This document shows, one piece after another, positions 8,584 through 17,300 of a stretch of DNA of 24,798 nt. Both the position numbers and the translations under genes were made by a program. The DNA is from a virus: IMG/VR virus record IMGVR_UViG_3300044580_000147, positions 1 to 24,798 of that record. The stretch is one strand, 5' to 3'. The notes under the pieces were generated by a model. That model saw only the letters and a list, made by a program, of their open reading frames with translations, did no database searches and was not told where the DNA came from. Within the stretch, counting starts at the first letter, position 1. Each line of letters opens with the position of its first letter.

Positions 8584-9516
8584 ATGGCAATATCAGACAA
8601 ACATGAAAAAATATTAAATAGAATCATTCCAATCGCAGGAATTAAACTTGGAACTGTAATCAAAGAATTACAATTAGGCATAGTTGCCTCTACCGGTGTT
8701 GACACCGACGTAATAGTCAGGTCAGGTAGTGGTGAGGTGTTAATCGGTCAGGGTGCGGGTTCGGATGTGGATTGGAAAGCGATCAGTGGAGATGCAACTC
8801 TCTCAAACACTGGGGCCGTTGCCCTTGTGGGTAATGATCACAGCACCCCTGGGATTGGTAAACTACCTAAACTTGCAATCGGGGAATATGACACCGCTGA
8901 TGCAGTGGAAGCTGTTGCAGCATCAGCCACTGACATAAACGCCGACACCGACGTAGTAACAGTAACCGCTCACGGCTTCAGTACCGGGGATTGTGTCAAT
9001 GTAGCAACCAGCGACACCCTACCAACCGGCATCAGTGCTAATACAGCGTATTATGTCCGTAAAGGCACTGATAACACGTTTACACTCTATGATACCCGGG
9101 CTCATGCCGTTGCAGGTGGAGCTACCGGTTTAGTGAACATTGCCGCTGTGGGTACTGGTGATCAGACTTTTACCAGTGTCACTGCAATAGGACAACACTA
9201 TTTAGGTGTTACCCTACCTGATAACGCTCTTGTTATCGGTGGGGGTGTGGAGGTATTAACAACTTTCACAGACGGTGTAGATGACAGCGTCACCCTGGCT
9301 TTGAGTATAAAAGGGGCTAATGCCCTTGTACCCGCAACCGCCGTCAGTGCTGATGGGAATATTTGGGATGCTGGAAACCATGACATAGTACCTGATAACA
9401 CCGGTTCAACTGCTATTAAGCTAACCGCTGCCAGTGAACTCTTAGTTACCATTGGTGATGATCAGCTATCCGCTGGTAAGATGAGAGTATGGCTTCAGTA
9501 TATTGAAGGAATCTAA
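8584..9516 (+). CDS. Capsid decoration / head spike-base-like protein with an inserted beta-rich module
   Basis: Follows the capsid gene. C-term LGVTLPDNALV..GVEVLTTF...TLALSI...ELLVTI...AGKMRVWLQY resembles head cement/spike-base proteins; internal AHGFSTGD.V...LPTGI...YYV....FTL module. RBS GAGGTGG. Confidence 0.6.
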   Translation: MAISDKHEKILNRIIPIAGIKLGTVIKELQLGIVASTGVDTDVIVRSGSGEVLIGQGAGSDVDWKAISGDATLSNTGAVALVGNDHSTPGIGKLPKLAIGEYDTADAVEAVAASATDINADTDVVTVTAHGFSTGDCVNVATSDTLPTGISANTAYYVRKGTDNTFTLYDTRAHAVAGGATGLVNIAAVGTGDQTFTSVTAIGQHYLGVTLPDNALVIGGGVEVLTTFTDGVDDSVTLALSIKGANALVPATAVSADGNIWDAGNHDIVPDNTGSTAIKLTAASELLVTIGDDQLSAGKMRVWLQYIEGI

Positions 9517-9533
9517 AACCCTTTAAACTTCCA

Positions 9534-9553
9534 CCCCCCCCCCCTTTTTTTTT
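9534..9553 (+). terminator. C11-T9 homopolymer tract, terminator candidate
   Basis: C at 9534-9544 then T at 9545-9553, 17 nt after the stop codon. Confidence 0.55.
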
Positions 9554-9582
9554 AAATCCCTACATAATGGAGGACTCAATAT

Positions 9583-9774
9583 ATGAAAACATTATACTTC
9601 AAAAACAAAGAAGCCAACCACTCAGTGAACGTTAAAGGAAAAAACATACGCTTCATCAATGGTAAGGCCGAGATTGAAGATGACAAAGAGGCTGAGAAAC
9701 TGGCAAAGAAGGATGAGTACAGTTTAAGACCTTTCACAGTCTCAAAGAAAAAGAAGAATGCTAAAAAGAAATAA
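9583..9774 (+). CDS. Small basic protein (63 aa), head region
   Basis: GGAGG upstream; FINGKAEIED motif and Lys-rich tail; position after the head genes. Confidence 0.7.
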   Translation: MKTLYFKNKEANHSVNVKGKNIRFINGKAEIEDDKEAEKLAKKDEYSLRPFTVSKKKKNAKKK

Positions 9775-9795
9775 TGAGGATAGGATGGTGTTATT

Positions 9796-10275
9796 ATGAG
9801 TCTAGTGACAGCGGATGAAGTTAAAGAAGCCGCACGCAACTACAAAGTAGGAATACTATTACAGAATGATACCACCCTTGAATCCATGATCACACTATGT
9901 CAAACAGACCTGGAACGTCGAACCGGGCGCATCTTTGAAGAGCGGGAAGTAGTGGAGAAGAAGATACGGCTTAACACCAAATTGATACAACTTGACCACT
10001 ATCCAGTCAAGACAATAGACACACTTCTACTTAACGGTTCATTATATACCTTGGACGATGAAGAATTAGAGGAAGCCACCGGGACAATCCTATTATCACA
10101 ACGACCAGTCAATGATTACACTGCAACCATCACTTACACTACAGCCACCCCCACTAATGCGGTAATCGCTAAGGATGTTCTATGCCGCATGGTACTTGAC
10201 CGAGTGAAAAATAGGGACAGTACTGTAGAACAAGAAATCAAATCATTACAAACAAACCTCATAGGAGCCATCTAA
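9796..10275 (+). CDS. Head-tail connector/adaptor (HK97 gp6 / SPP1 gp15-like)
   Basis: MSLVTADEVK start, LESMI..CQTDLERRTGR.F, LDHYPV..I; canonical position. Confidence 0.75.
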   Translation: MSLVTADEVKEAARNYKVGILLQNDTTLESMITLCQTDLERRTGRIFEEREVVEKKIRLNTKLIQLDHYPVKTIDTLLLNGSLYTLDDEELEEATGTILLSQRPVNDYTATITYTTATPTNAVIAKDVLCRMVLDRVKNRDSTVEQEIKSLQTNLIGAI

Positions 10276-10277
10276 CC

Positions 10278-10892
10278 ATGTCAACTTATCCTGGAGACAC
10301 AATAACACTACCAATCACCTACCGAGTAGACGGCACACTAACCAACCCAGATAATGTAACAATAACAGTCATTGACCCCCTTGGTGAAGCCCTCGAAACC
10401 AACGACACCACAACCAACGACAGCACGGGCAGATACCACTACGATTACACCTTTGAAGACGATGCCATAACCGGTGACTATACATTCACCTGGAACATCA
10501 CCGTTGATGCGGTTATATATACTCATTCTCAACTTATAACCCTCGATGTAAGCCCAGTAAGCAATTACTACGCAGACGAAGCCACAATACGAGCCACAAT
10601 GAAACAACACACTAAGGACTTCACCGACAGCCTAATAATCCACAATGCAATAATGGCCGCCGAACGTGCCGTGAATGGTAAACTTGGAATCATAGAATCA
10701 TTAACCGAAGCAGACTTCACCGACGACACCCCCTCTTTAATGGCTGCTAAACTGGACATACTCACTCAAGCCGCAAACCTACGAGCCATGGCCTACATTA
10801 TGGACTCACTATACACTACAAAGGATAAGAGAAGCCCCTCCGCTGATTCCTATGAAAAACAATCGGACCTAGTCCTATCACCATTCCTCTAA
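10278..10892 (+). CDS. Ig-like domain fused to a second connector-like (Mu gp36-like) helical domain
   Basis: N-term YPGDTITLPITY..DG.LTNP..VTITVIDP...STGRYHYDY......GDYTFTW (Ig-like); C-term YYADEATIRA...AIMAAERAVNGKL...AANLRAMAYI. Confidence 0.55.
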   Translation: MSTYPGDTITLPITYRVDGTLTNPDNVTITVIDPLGEALETNDTTTNDSTGRYHYDYTFEDDAITGDYTFTWNITVDAVIYTHSQLITLDVSPVSNYYADEATIRATMKQHTKDFTDSLIIHNAIMAAERAVNGKLGIIESLTEADFTDDTPSLMAAKLDILTQAANLRAMAYIMDSLYTTKDKRSPSADSYEKQSDLVLSPFL

Positions 10893-10911
10893 AAAACAGG
10901 TAGTGATAGTT

Positions 10912-11334
10912 ATGGGTTCGATTACAATAATCGTCTTAAAGGACGTAGTGGAAGAATTAAGGTCCACCATTGACGACCTACCCGACCAATTCCAAACCAT
11001 CATCATCGACCCTCTAAAAGAAGACTCTGCCTTTTTCCTATCTATTTACACTCCCTTTGATGAGGGTGATCTTGTATCGGAGAATATGGTGGTAGACGAT
11101 GGACAATTCTCTTTTTACACTGACAACCCCCTTGAATACTACCCTTATGTTGTATTAGGGACCAGGGCACACTGGATTGGCAGCCCTGTGAATATTAAAG
11201 GCTCATGGGTTTACATTGGAGAACATCCCGGAACAGCACCACAGGACTATCCCGGTATGGCCTTTGAAGACCTTGAACTTACTGTGGATAGTAGATTAGA
11301 TGAGATGGGATCATGGATTGTGGGAGATATTTAA
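10912..11334 (+). CDS. Tail completion protein (HK97 gp10-like)
   Basis: YPYVVLGTRAHWI.....HPGTAPQDY motif. Start is ATG 10912 or GTG 10903. Confidence 0.6.
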   Translation: MGSITIIVLKDVVEELRSTIDDLPDQFQTIIIDPLKEDSAFFLSIYTPFDEGDLVSENMVVDDGQFSFYTDNPLEYYPYVVLGTRAHWIGSPVNIKGSWVYIGEHPGTAPQDYPGMAFEDLELTVDSRLDEMGSWIVGDI

Positions 11335-11335
11335 G

Positions 11336-11833
11336 ATGACAGAAACGTATTTGGGTTATAATTGGGATTCGGTGTATGATGCCCTTAAAAGTGTGGTTGA
11401 AACTATTGAGGATTCTTCTGCGGTGCCTAAACGGGAGTTCGGGAATGTTGAAGCGGGGAAACCTGATAATATATCCCTTCACTCCGGCGACACTGTACTC
11501 ATAGCGTTGGGTAAGATTGAAAAGATAACCCCTGCCATGGGTGGAAGAGGCAAAGTAGCCCACATTAAAGGATATTTCCTTGTCTATGTGGATGGTGAGA
11601 ATGAAAATGCACAAAGACGAGCCTCATACTTATGGGACCGGTTGGCCGCTGCTATTGAAGCAAACAAAACCCTTGGACTTGGAGGCAAGTGTAAGTGTAA
11701 AGTTGATTATAACAGTCCGGGGGGTTTCCGGCAGAATGATAAGAATATGGGTACGAAGAATGTTCCTGATTATTGTGCTGGGGCTGTACTGGTTTTGAAT
11801 ATTGCTAAGGCACGTGAACAAATAACCATTTAA
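11336..11833 (+). CDS. Tail terminator-like protein
   Basis: ATG 1 nt after the previous stop; RASYLWDRLAAAIEANKTLG; position just before the tube gene. Confidence 0.55.
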   Translation: MTETYLGYNWDSVYDALKSVVETIEDSSAVPKREFGNVEAGKPDNISLHSGDTVLIALGKIEKITPAMGGRGKVAHIKGYFLVYVDGENENAQRRASYLWDRLAAAIEANKTLGLGGKCKCKVDYNSPGGFRQNDKNMGTKNVPDYCAGAVLVLNIAKAREQITI

Positions 11834-11850
11834 CTAGTTGGTGGTATTTT

Positions 11851-12036
11851 ATGACTGAGATGACGCTTAAGGAACTTGAACAGACGATTAAACATTATAT
11901 TGAATCAGAGGATTATCAGAGTGCAAGGAATTATATAGAATCTTATGCACCTAAATTTAATTCATTCAACAAAGAAGAAGCATTAAAAAAGGTTGAAAAG
12001 AGTGAACAGAAGATTAGAAAGGTAAAGGAGGAATAA
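11851..12036 (+). CDS. Small hypothetical protein (61 aa)
   Basis: GGTGG upstream; fills the gap between its neighbours. Confidence 0.6.
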   Translation: MTEMTLKELEQTIKHYIESEDYQSARNYIESYAPKFNSFNKEEALKKVEKSEQKIRKVKEE

Positions 12037-12040
12037 AACC

Positions 12041-12844
12041 ATGCCTATAAAGAATATTGATGAAATGGCCGCCGCAACATTAGACGGCTCACAAATGCTC
12101 CTAGTCCTAAAAGTACCAGTAACTGAACGGGTGCAATTAACCGGGACAATAAACGGAGTAAATAAAGAATTCACATTCCCAGCAACACACTACCCATTAG
12201 GGGCAAGTACATATAAACGTATAACTCCAACCGTAGACGATGTGGTTGTGGAGACTTTGAAAGGAACCACCTACACCGGAGTTACAGCAACCAGTATAAA
12301 AACATTAGTTGATCCAGACACCGGTTTCACCGTGAACGGGGTTGTTGAATTAACTGCTGCCCCTGACGCTGCCGGTGCTGATAGTGTTTGGGCTACCTGT
12401 ACAGTGGAGCATGATGTGTATGTTCAACAGAGTGTGAAGCCCAAACTGGACCAGGACACCAGGGATATTGAACGTATGGGAAGCCGAAGTGTGTATCAGT
12501 CGTTTGGTAAGATAAAAACCAGTTATGATGTTGAGGTAATCTTATCTGACCTTGAAGCCATTTTCCTTGGTAACTTTGACACACCCTCACAGACCGGAGT
12601 ACAGGACGGATACACCTTATATGAGCTAATGGATAAACCACTTTTGATGGATGGTTACGTACCCATATTCTCAGGGGATGAAACGGATGATCCAAAAGAC
12701 CGTGAGGTTATGGGTTATATTATGCTTCAAGGGGTTACTAAAGCTCCAGTGTTGCCTGAGGGTTCTGCGAATGATGACCTAACCGCAACATTAACCTTGG
12801 CTGTGGGTGAAAAGCCTTATATTCTGTTGAAGGATCAAGCCTAA
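12041..12844 (+). CDS. Major tail tube protein (with an extra beta-rich N-terminal domain)
   Basis: 267 aa, Thr/Val-rich, upstream of the chaperone and tape measure; strong RBS GGAGG; GTINGVNKEFTF segment. Confidence 0.65.
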   Translation: MPIKNIDEMAAATLDGSQMLLVLKVPVTERVQLTGTINGVNKEFTFPATHYPLGASTYKRITPTVDDVVVETLKGTTYTGVTATSIKTLVDPDTGFTVNGVVELTAAPDAAGADSVWATCTVEHDVYVQQSVKPKLDQDTRDIERMGSRSVYQSFGKIKTSYDVEVILSDLEAIFLGNFDTPSQTGVQDGYTLYELMDKPLLMDGYVPIFSGDETDDPKDREVMGYIMLQGVTKAPVLPEGSANDDLTATLTLAVGEKPYILLKDQA

Positions 12845-12850
12845 TAAATA

Positions 12851-12879
12851 TCCCCTTTTCTTTTATTATTATTTTTTTT
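12851..12879 (+). terminator. Pyrimidine/oligo-T terminator candidate
   Basis: TCCCCTTTTCTTTTATTATTATTTTTTTT with T8 at 12872-12879. Confidence 0.5.
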
Positions 12880-12944
12880 AATATACTGAATCATAGCTAG
12901 AGAAAGAGAGTGTTGAATACTTTTGTAAAAAGGGAGGAGTAATT

Positions 12945-13571
12945 GTGAAAGCACAAATCAAAATACCAAAACTGTACCCAACCGAAACTATTGAGATTGA
13001 GGGGAATAAGATTGAATTGAGGGGATATAAAGCCGCCGACAGACCATATGTAATATTGGTGGAAACTATCAGGAAAGACCTAACACCTCTCCTAAAAGAA
13101 CTTGGAGACATAGAACGGGAGTTAGAATCATTACGGGCAGATGATACAGGTAAAAAGTACAGTGATGAAGAATTAGAAGAAATGGGTGCTCTTGACAAAG
13201 TATTTGAACTCACTAATACTATTGTTGATCTTCAACTCAAAATGGACGAAATAGGATCAAAACTAATCTATGGGGAACCCAATCCAGAAGACGAAGACGA
13301 AATGAACGGACCTGGCTACATCCTAGCACAAAGAGGACTAAAACGATTCTACTACCCCAACACCCCCACCAGCGAATTAGACGAAATCGAAGACATAGAA
13401 ATAGCCCGGCAACACATCATGCTCATAGCTAACACGATGATAAGCTTATCTAATCCCCCACGAGGCTTACAAAAATCCATTGAGAACAAGATACGGGAAG
13501 ATAAGAAGGCGGTTGGTAAGGGAAAGTCACAAAGAGGAAAAAAAGCCTCACGGCAGAAGAAAAAATCATAG
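12945..13571 (+). CDS. Tail assembly chaperone (lambda gpG analogue)
   Basis: GTG start with GGAGG at 12933-12937; lies between the tube and tape measure genes; contains the slippery heptamer near its 3' end. Confidence 0.8.
   Translation: MKAQIKIPKLYPTETIEIEGNKIELRGYKAADRPYVILVETIRKDLTPLLKELGDIERELESLRADDTGKKYSDEELEEMGALDKVFELTNTIVDLQLKMDEIGSKLIYGEPNPEDEDEMNGPGYILAQRGLKRFYYPNTPTSELDEIEDIEIARQHIMLIANTMISLSNPPRGLQKSIENKIREDKKAVGKGKSQRGKKASRQKKKS
13520..13526 (+). other. -1 programmed ribosomal frameshift site G GGA AAG
   Basis: GGGAAAG is phased as G GGA AAG (Gly-Lys) in the chaperone frame, identical to the lambda G/GT heptamer. A second candidate, A AAA AAA, lies at 13538-13544. Confidence 0.8.
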
Positions 13572-13750
13572 AGTTCCGGAAGTTGATGAGTGGGATCTGT
13601 TTCGAGACTGGTTGGGGTGAAGAGTATGCTTATGAACGAGACATGATCGTAATCTATGATATTGTTTACCGTGAGCTTGAGTATTTCCCAGAGGGTCCGG
13701 TGGATATTAGGGAGGATTTTGAAACAAAACGCAAACTATTCAGAGGATGA
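13520..13750 (+). CDS. -1 frame extension of the tail chaperone (gpGT analogue, ~268 aa fusion); absent from the ORF track
   Basis: The -1 frame has TAA at 13517-13519, then is open from 13520 to TGA 13748-13750: ...SLTAEEKIIEFRKLMSGICFETGWGEEYAYERDMIVIYDIVYRELEYFPEGPVDIREDFETKRKLFRG*. Confidence 0.8.
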   Translation, partial: GKVTKRKKSLTAEEKIIEFRKLMSGICFETGWGEEYAYERDMIVIYDIVYRELEYFPEGPVDIREDFETKRKLFRG

Positions 13751-13825
13751 AAGGAGCAATGAATTTATTAATAATAAGAGGGCATATATTACATACCTAT
13801 AATATTATTGTGGGGGCGTAGTAAT

Positions 13826-14224
13826 ATGTTAGTTAAATGTAAAGAATGTGGGAAAGAATATGACCTAGGCTTTTTTGACAAACTCGACAAATACCAGTGC
13901 AGCGAATGTGGAGGCGAACTAAGATTACCAACATTCAAAGAAAACAGTGACATGGTTAAAAACAAACAGAAAACCAAGGACAAATCTAAAAAGTCTCATC
14001 TTGGATTTAAAATAATAGTCATAGGTGTTATTGGACTCATATCATTTGCATGGCTCTTTTTATTCTTCCCAATAGGCATAATAGGCTTTATATTCTTTTT
14101 TGGATTGTTATATGATGAGATGAGAACCAAAACCCGGAAAGATATTATGCCGTGTCCCGCTTGTAGTAGGGATGTTAGTAAGGATGCTGGTGTGTGTCCT
14201 CGGTGTGGGCATCCCCTAAATTAA
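13826..14224 (+). CDS. Double zinc-ribbon membrane protein (moron-like insert)
   Basis: CKEC..CSEC at the N-terminus, a hydrophobic stretch long enough for two TM helices, and CPAC..CPRC at the C-terminus. G-rich RBS at 13812-13817 favours ATG 13826; AT-rich flanks. Confidence 0.8.
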   Translation: MLVKCKECGKEYDLGFFDKLDKYQCSECGGELRLPTFKENSDMVKNKQKTKDKSKKSHLGFKIIVIGVIGLISFAWLFLFFPIGIIGFIFFFGLLYDEMRTKTRKDIMPCPACSRDVSKDAGVCPRCGHPLN

Positions 14225-14225
14225 T

Positions 14226-14250
14226 CCCCCCAATATATCCTTCTTTTTTA
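14226..14250 (+). terminator. Oligo-T terminator candidate after the moron
   Basis: CCCCCCAATATATCCTTCTTTTTTA with T6 at 14244-14249. Confidence 0.45.
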
Positions 14251-14270
14251 GTTCTATAATATCCATTGAA

Positions 14271-14337
14271 TCTTTAATGTTTTTTAAAACTCTTATTAGC
14301 GTACGCTATATCTTATTAACTTAATTAAACTCTTATT
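14271..14337. repeat. Phased direct repeats (TCTT/TCTTATT every 20 bp) with palindromic spacers
   Basis: TCTT at 14271, 14291, 14311 and 14331 (the last three are TCTTATT); TAGCGTACGCTA palindrome at 14297-14308; TTAATTAA at 14321-14328. Confidence 0.65.
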
Positions 14338-14395
14338 TTATTTTAAAACTATTCTAAAACATTCTTTTTATACTAATCTTTTGGAGCTAATTTTC

Positions 14396-17300
14396 ATGGC
14401 TTATAAAAACCTGGGCATAATCGTAAGTGGAGATATTAGTGATATATCTGGAAAACTTGACACCCTCGCCGCACAAATAGTATCCCTCGAAGACCGTGCA
14501 ATTGAAATAACGATAGAAGCCAACACTGCCGGGTTAGGGGAAGTATCATCAGCATCAGAAAACGCAGCAAACGAACTAGCATCTGTCAGTGAATCAGCGG
14601 AGAACATCTCCGGGGACATCAGCAATATAGATTCCTCATCCTTGAATGAAGCGGCATCCCACGCTAATGCAATGGGAGGTTCATTCAACCAAGCCCGAGA
14701 AAATGCTGATCAGATGGGTAAGGAAGTTAAAAGTGCATCCGATGAAGCATTAAACGGTTTACAAGCATTAGCTGGAGCCGCCGCAGCCATAGGTGGATAC
14801 CTTGTTCTTGATAATTTAACCAGTGCCGCCGGAACCTATGAAGACAGTTGGACCCGAATGACTGTGGCTCTTGGTGGGACTGTTGACTCCGTGGGAATGA
14901 TTAAGGATAGTTGGTCTGGTGCTATTGGTGAGATGAGTAGTGCCACTGGCCGTGGAGCTGGAACTATTCGGGAGTTCATTACTCAAATGAGTATTGCTGG
15001 TGTGGACTCCGAGGAAGTTATATCTTCTGCTTTTGAAGGAATCGCCGGGGCTGCTTATGTTACTGGTAATGATATTAACTCAATGACCTATGCCCTTCAA
15101 AGAGCTGTCCGAACCGGACTTTTAAATCAAAGGACACTTACAGCTCTTGGTATTTCTACTCAAGACATAATGAACATTACTGGGAAGTCAATAGAAGAAG
15201 TGAGTAAGGAATTTGAAGGTATGGATGCTACCTCCCGTGCTGCATTCCTGGGAATGTTATATAATGCTAAATATGGTACTGATGCTAATGAAGCATTTAA
15301 ACAGTCATGGCAGGGAGTAAGTGAAGCATTGGGCAGGGCAAAAGGTTATCTGAGCATTGTTATAGGACAACTCTTATTACCTCTCGTTGTTCCTGCAATG
15401 AAAAGCCTAACCGACTACCTCAAAGGATTAAGCCAAAGAATAACCTCCCTCGACCCCGTTACCCGGGGATTCCTTGGAGTAATGCTACTTTTAGGTGGGG
15501 CTTTCATAACAATTGGAGGGGTTATTGGGTCTTTAGTTGCCCTATATAAAGCCCTACAAATCAGGACTCTCTTAGTCACTGCCGCTAAGTGGTTAGAAAT
15601 TGATGCAACAAATAAATCTAGTCTAGCCTTGATTAAGGAGATTGCTGTAGAAACTGTAAGGCAGGCAAAGCAAACGGCTAGTATTCTTATAATGAATGCT
15701 GCGGTTTTTGCAAGACAGATTTATAATGCCGAACTCTGGAAAACCATCGCCGGCTATGTCCGTGAAGCTGTGGTTCAAGCAGCCTCTACGGCTAAATGGA
15801 TATTAGGCAGTGCAGCCATAGTCGCCGGAGTGGTAGCCCGGAAACTCTACAACGCAGAACTATGGACTACTATTGGGGCGTATGCTAAGGAACTTATCGC
15901 CATTACAGCTTATGTCGTGGCTACAACTGCTCAAAGAGCGGCAACACTAGCAGCCACGGCTGCTCAATGGTTACTTAACGCTGCCATGACAGCCAACCCG
16001 ATCGGATTAGTGGTGGTGGCTGTGGCTGCCCTCGTAGCTGGATTATACCTTTTATACCAGAATAATGAACAAGTAAGAGCTAGTTTTAACAACCTATGGA
16101 ACTCCCTAGTTGGTTTCGTGGGTTATATTCAGTCCGCCTTTGTGGACGCACTGGTTAATATGCAATCCCCTTTTATCCAGTTAGCGGATGAGATTATCGG
16201 ATTTGGCGAAGACCTTTATGATGCTGGTCGTGATTGGATAAGTAACCTTATAAAAGGTATGCAAGACTCGATCCCCACTATTGATTCTGTACTCCAAACC
16301 ATTGCTGATTACTTCCCACACAGCCCCGCAAAAACCGGGCCATTATCAGAGGTTACTCCTGAAAAGATGAACAGTTACGGTTACGAGTTAGGTACAGAAC
16401 TTGGTGAAGGGACTAAGGAAGGGGCTGAAGCATCAGTGAGTGATTCCGAGTTTTGGAATTTATTTTGGAATATTTTGAATGGTCGTCCTGCTGATACCGA
16501 CCTTTACCGCCGGCAACAAGAACAAACCCAACAAGACGAGTTGGTGGAAGCTGAACAGAAAAGGCAGGAAGCGGTTAAAAAGACATTTGATGAATTGGAC
16601 AACCTTGATAGTAAAACCAAGGCCACTTTTGCCAGTATGACTGATTCTTCAATGACGAATGCTGAAAAAATATCATACAACATGCAAGTGGCCGCCCACA
16701 ACATTGGAGCCAACTTTGAACTGGCAGCGGAACGGGCAGAAGCCGCTATGAGTCGTATGAGTAGTATGGCTAGTGCAATGGGTATAGATTTACCTAAAAC
16801 CACTTACTCTCCTGGAGAGTTGTTAAGTCAAAGAAACGAAACACTCCGAGCACTCCGAGCACAACGAAACGCCATCACACAAGCCGGCCCCAGTGCCTAC
16901 GGTTCCACACGTGAATATAAAAACGCATTAAAAGACATAGACAACCAGATAAAACAATACAGCTCCAATGCTTACCTACAAAGTATAATGAACAGTGGTA
17001 GTAGCATCGGACAATCCTGGACCGCTGGAATATCAAGTGGAATCACATCCAACACAGATGAAATCAACGCAGCAATAGCACAAGCATCCCAGGGATTAAT
17101 AGCCCACAGCCCCCCCGTAAGCGGACCATTACACGAAGTAGACCAATACGGTTTGAGTATTGGGGAAACCTTTGCCGATTATCTTTCCCGTGGCCTGAGC
17201 AGTGTTAAGGAATTATTTAATTTTGACATGAACGCTTCCAGTCTCCCAACCCCCCCCTCATCACAATTAAACCCCACAGCCATGGGGGGCTTTAATTTCT

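Noticed and set aside
11851-12844. Contractile tail sheath
   Set aside because: No sheath-sized gene precedes the tube gene and no baseplate wedge (J-like) gene is recognisable; a non-contractile tail fits better.
13752-13821. AGGAG followed by a 20-codon ORF (MNLLIIRGH...), and GGAGC(T)AAT on both sides of the moron as a possible target duplication
   Set aside because: RBS-ATG spacing is only 2 nt, and GGAGC is simply a common RBS here (also at 6157), so the match is not informative.
16842-16862. Tandem CACTCCGAG x2 in the tape measure gene
   Set aside because: Only two 9-nt units, explained by the LRALRA peptide.
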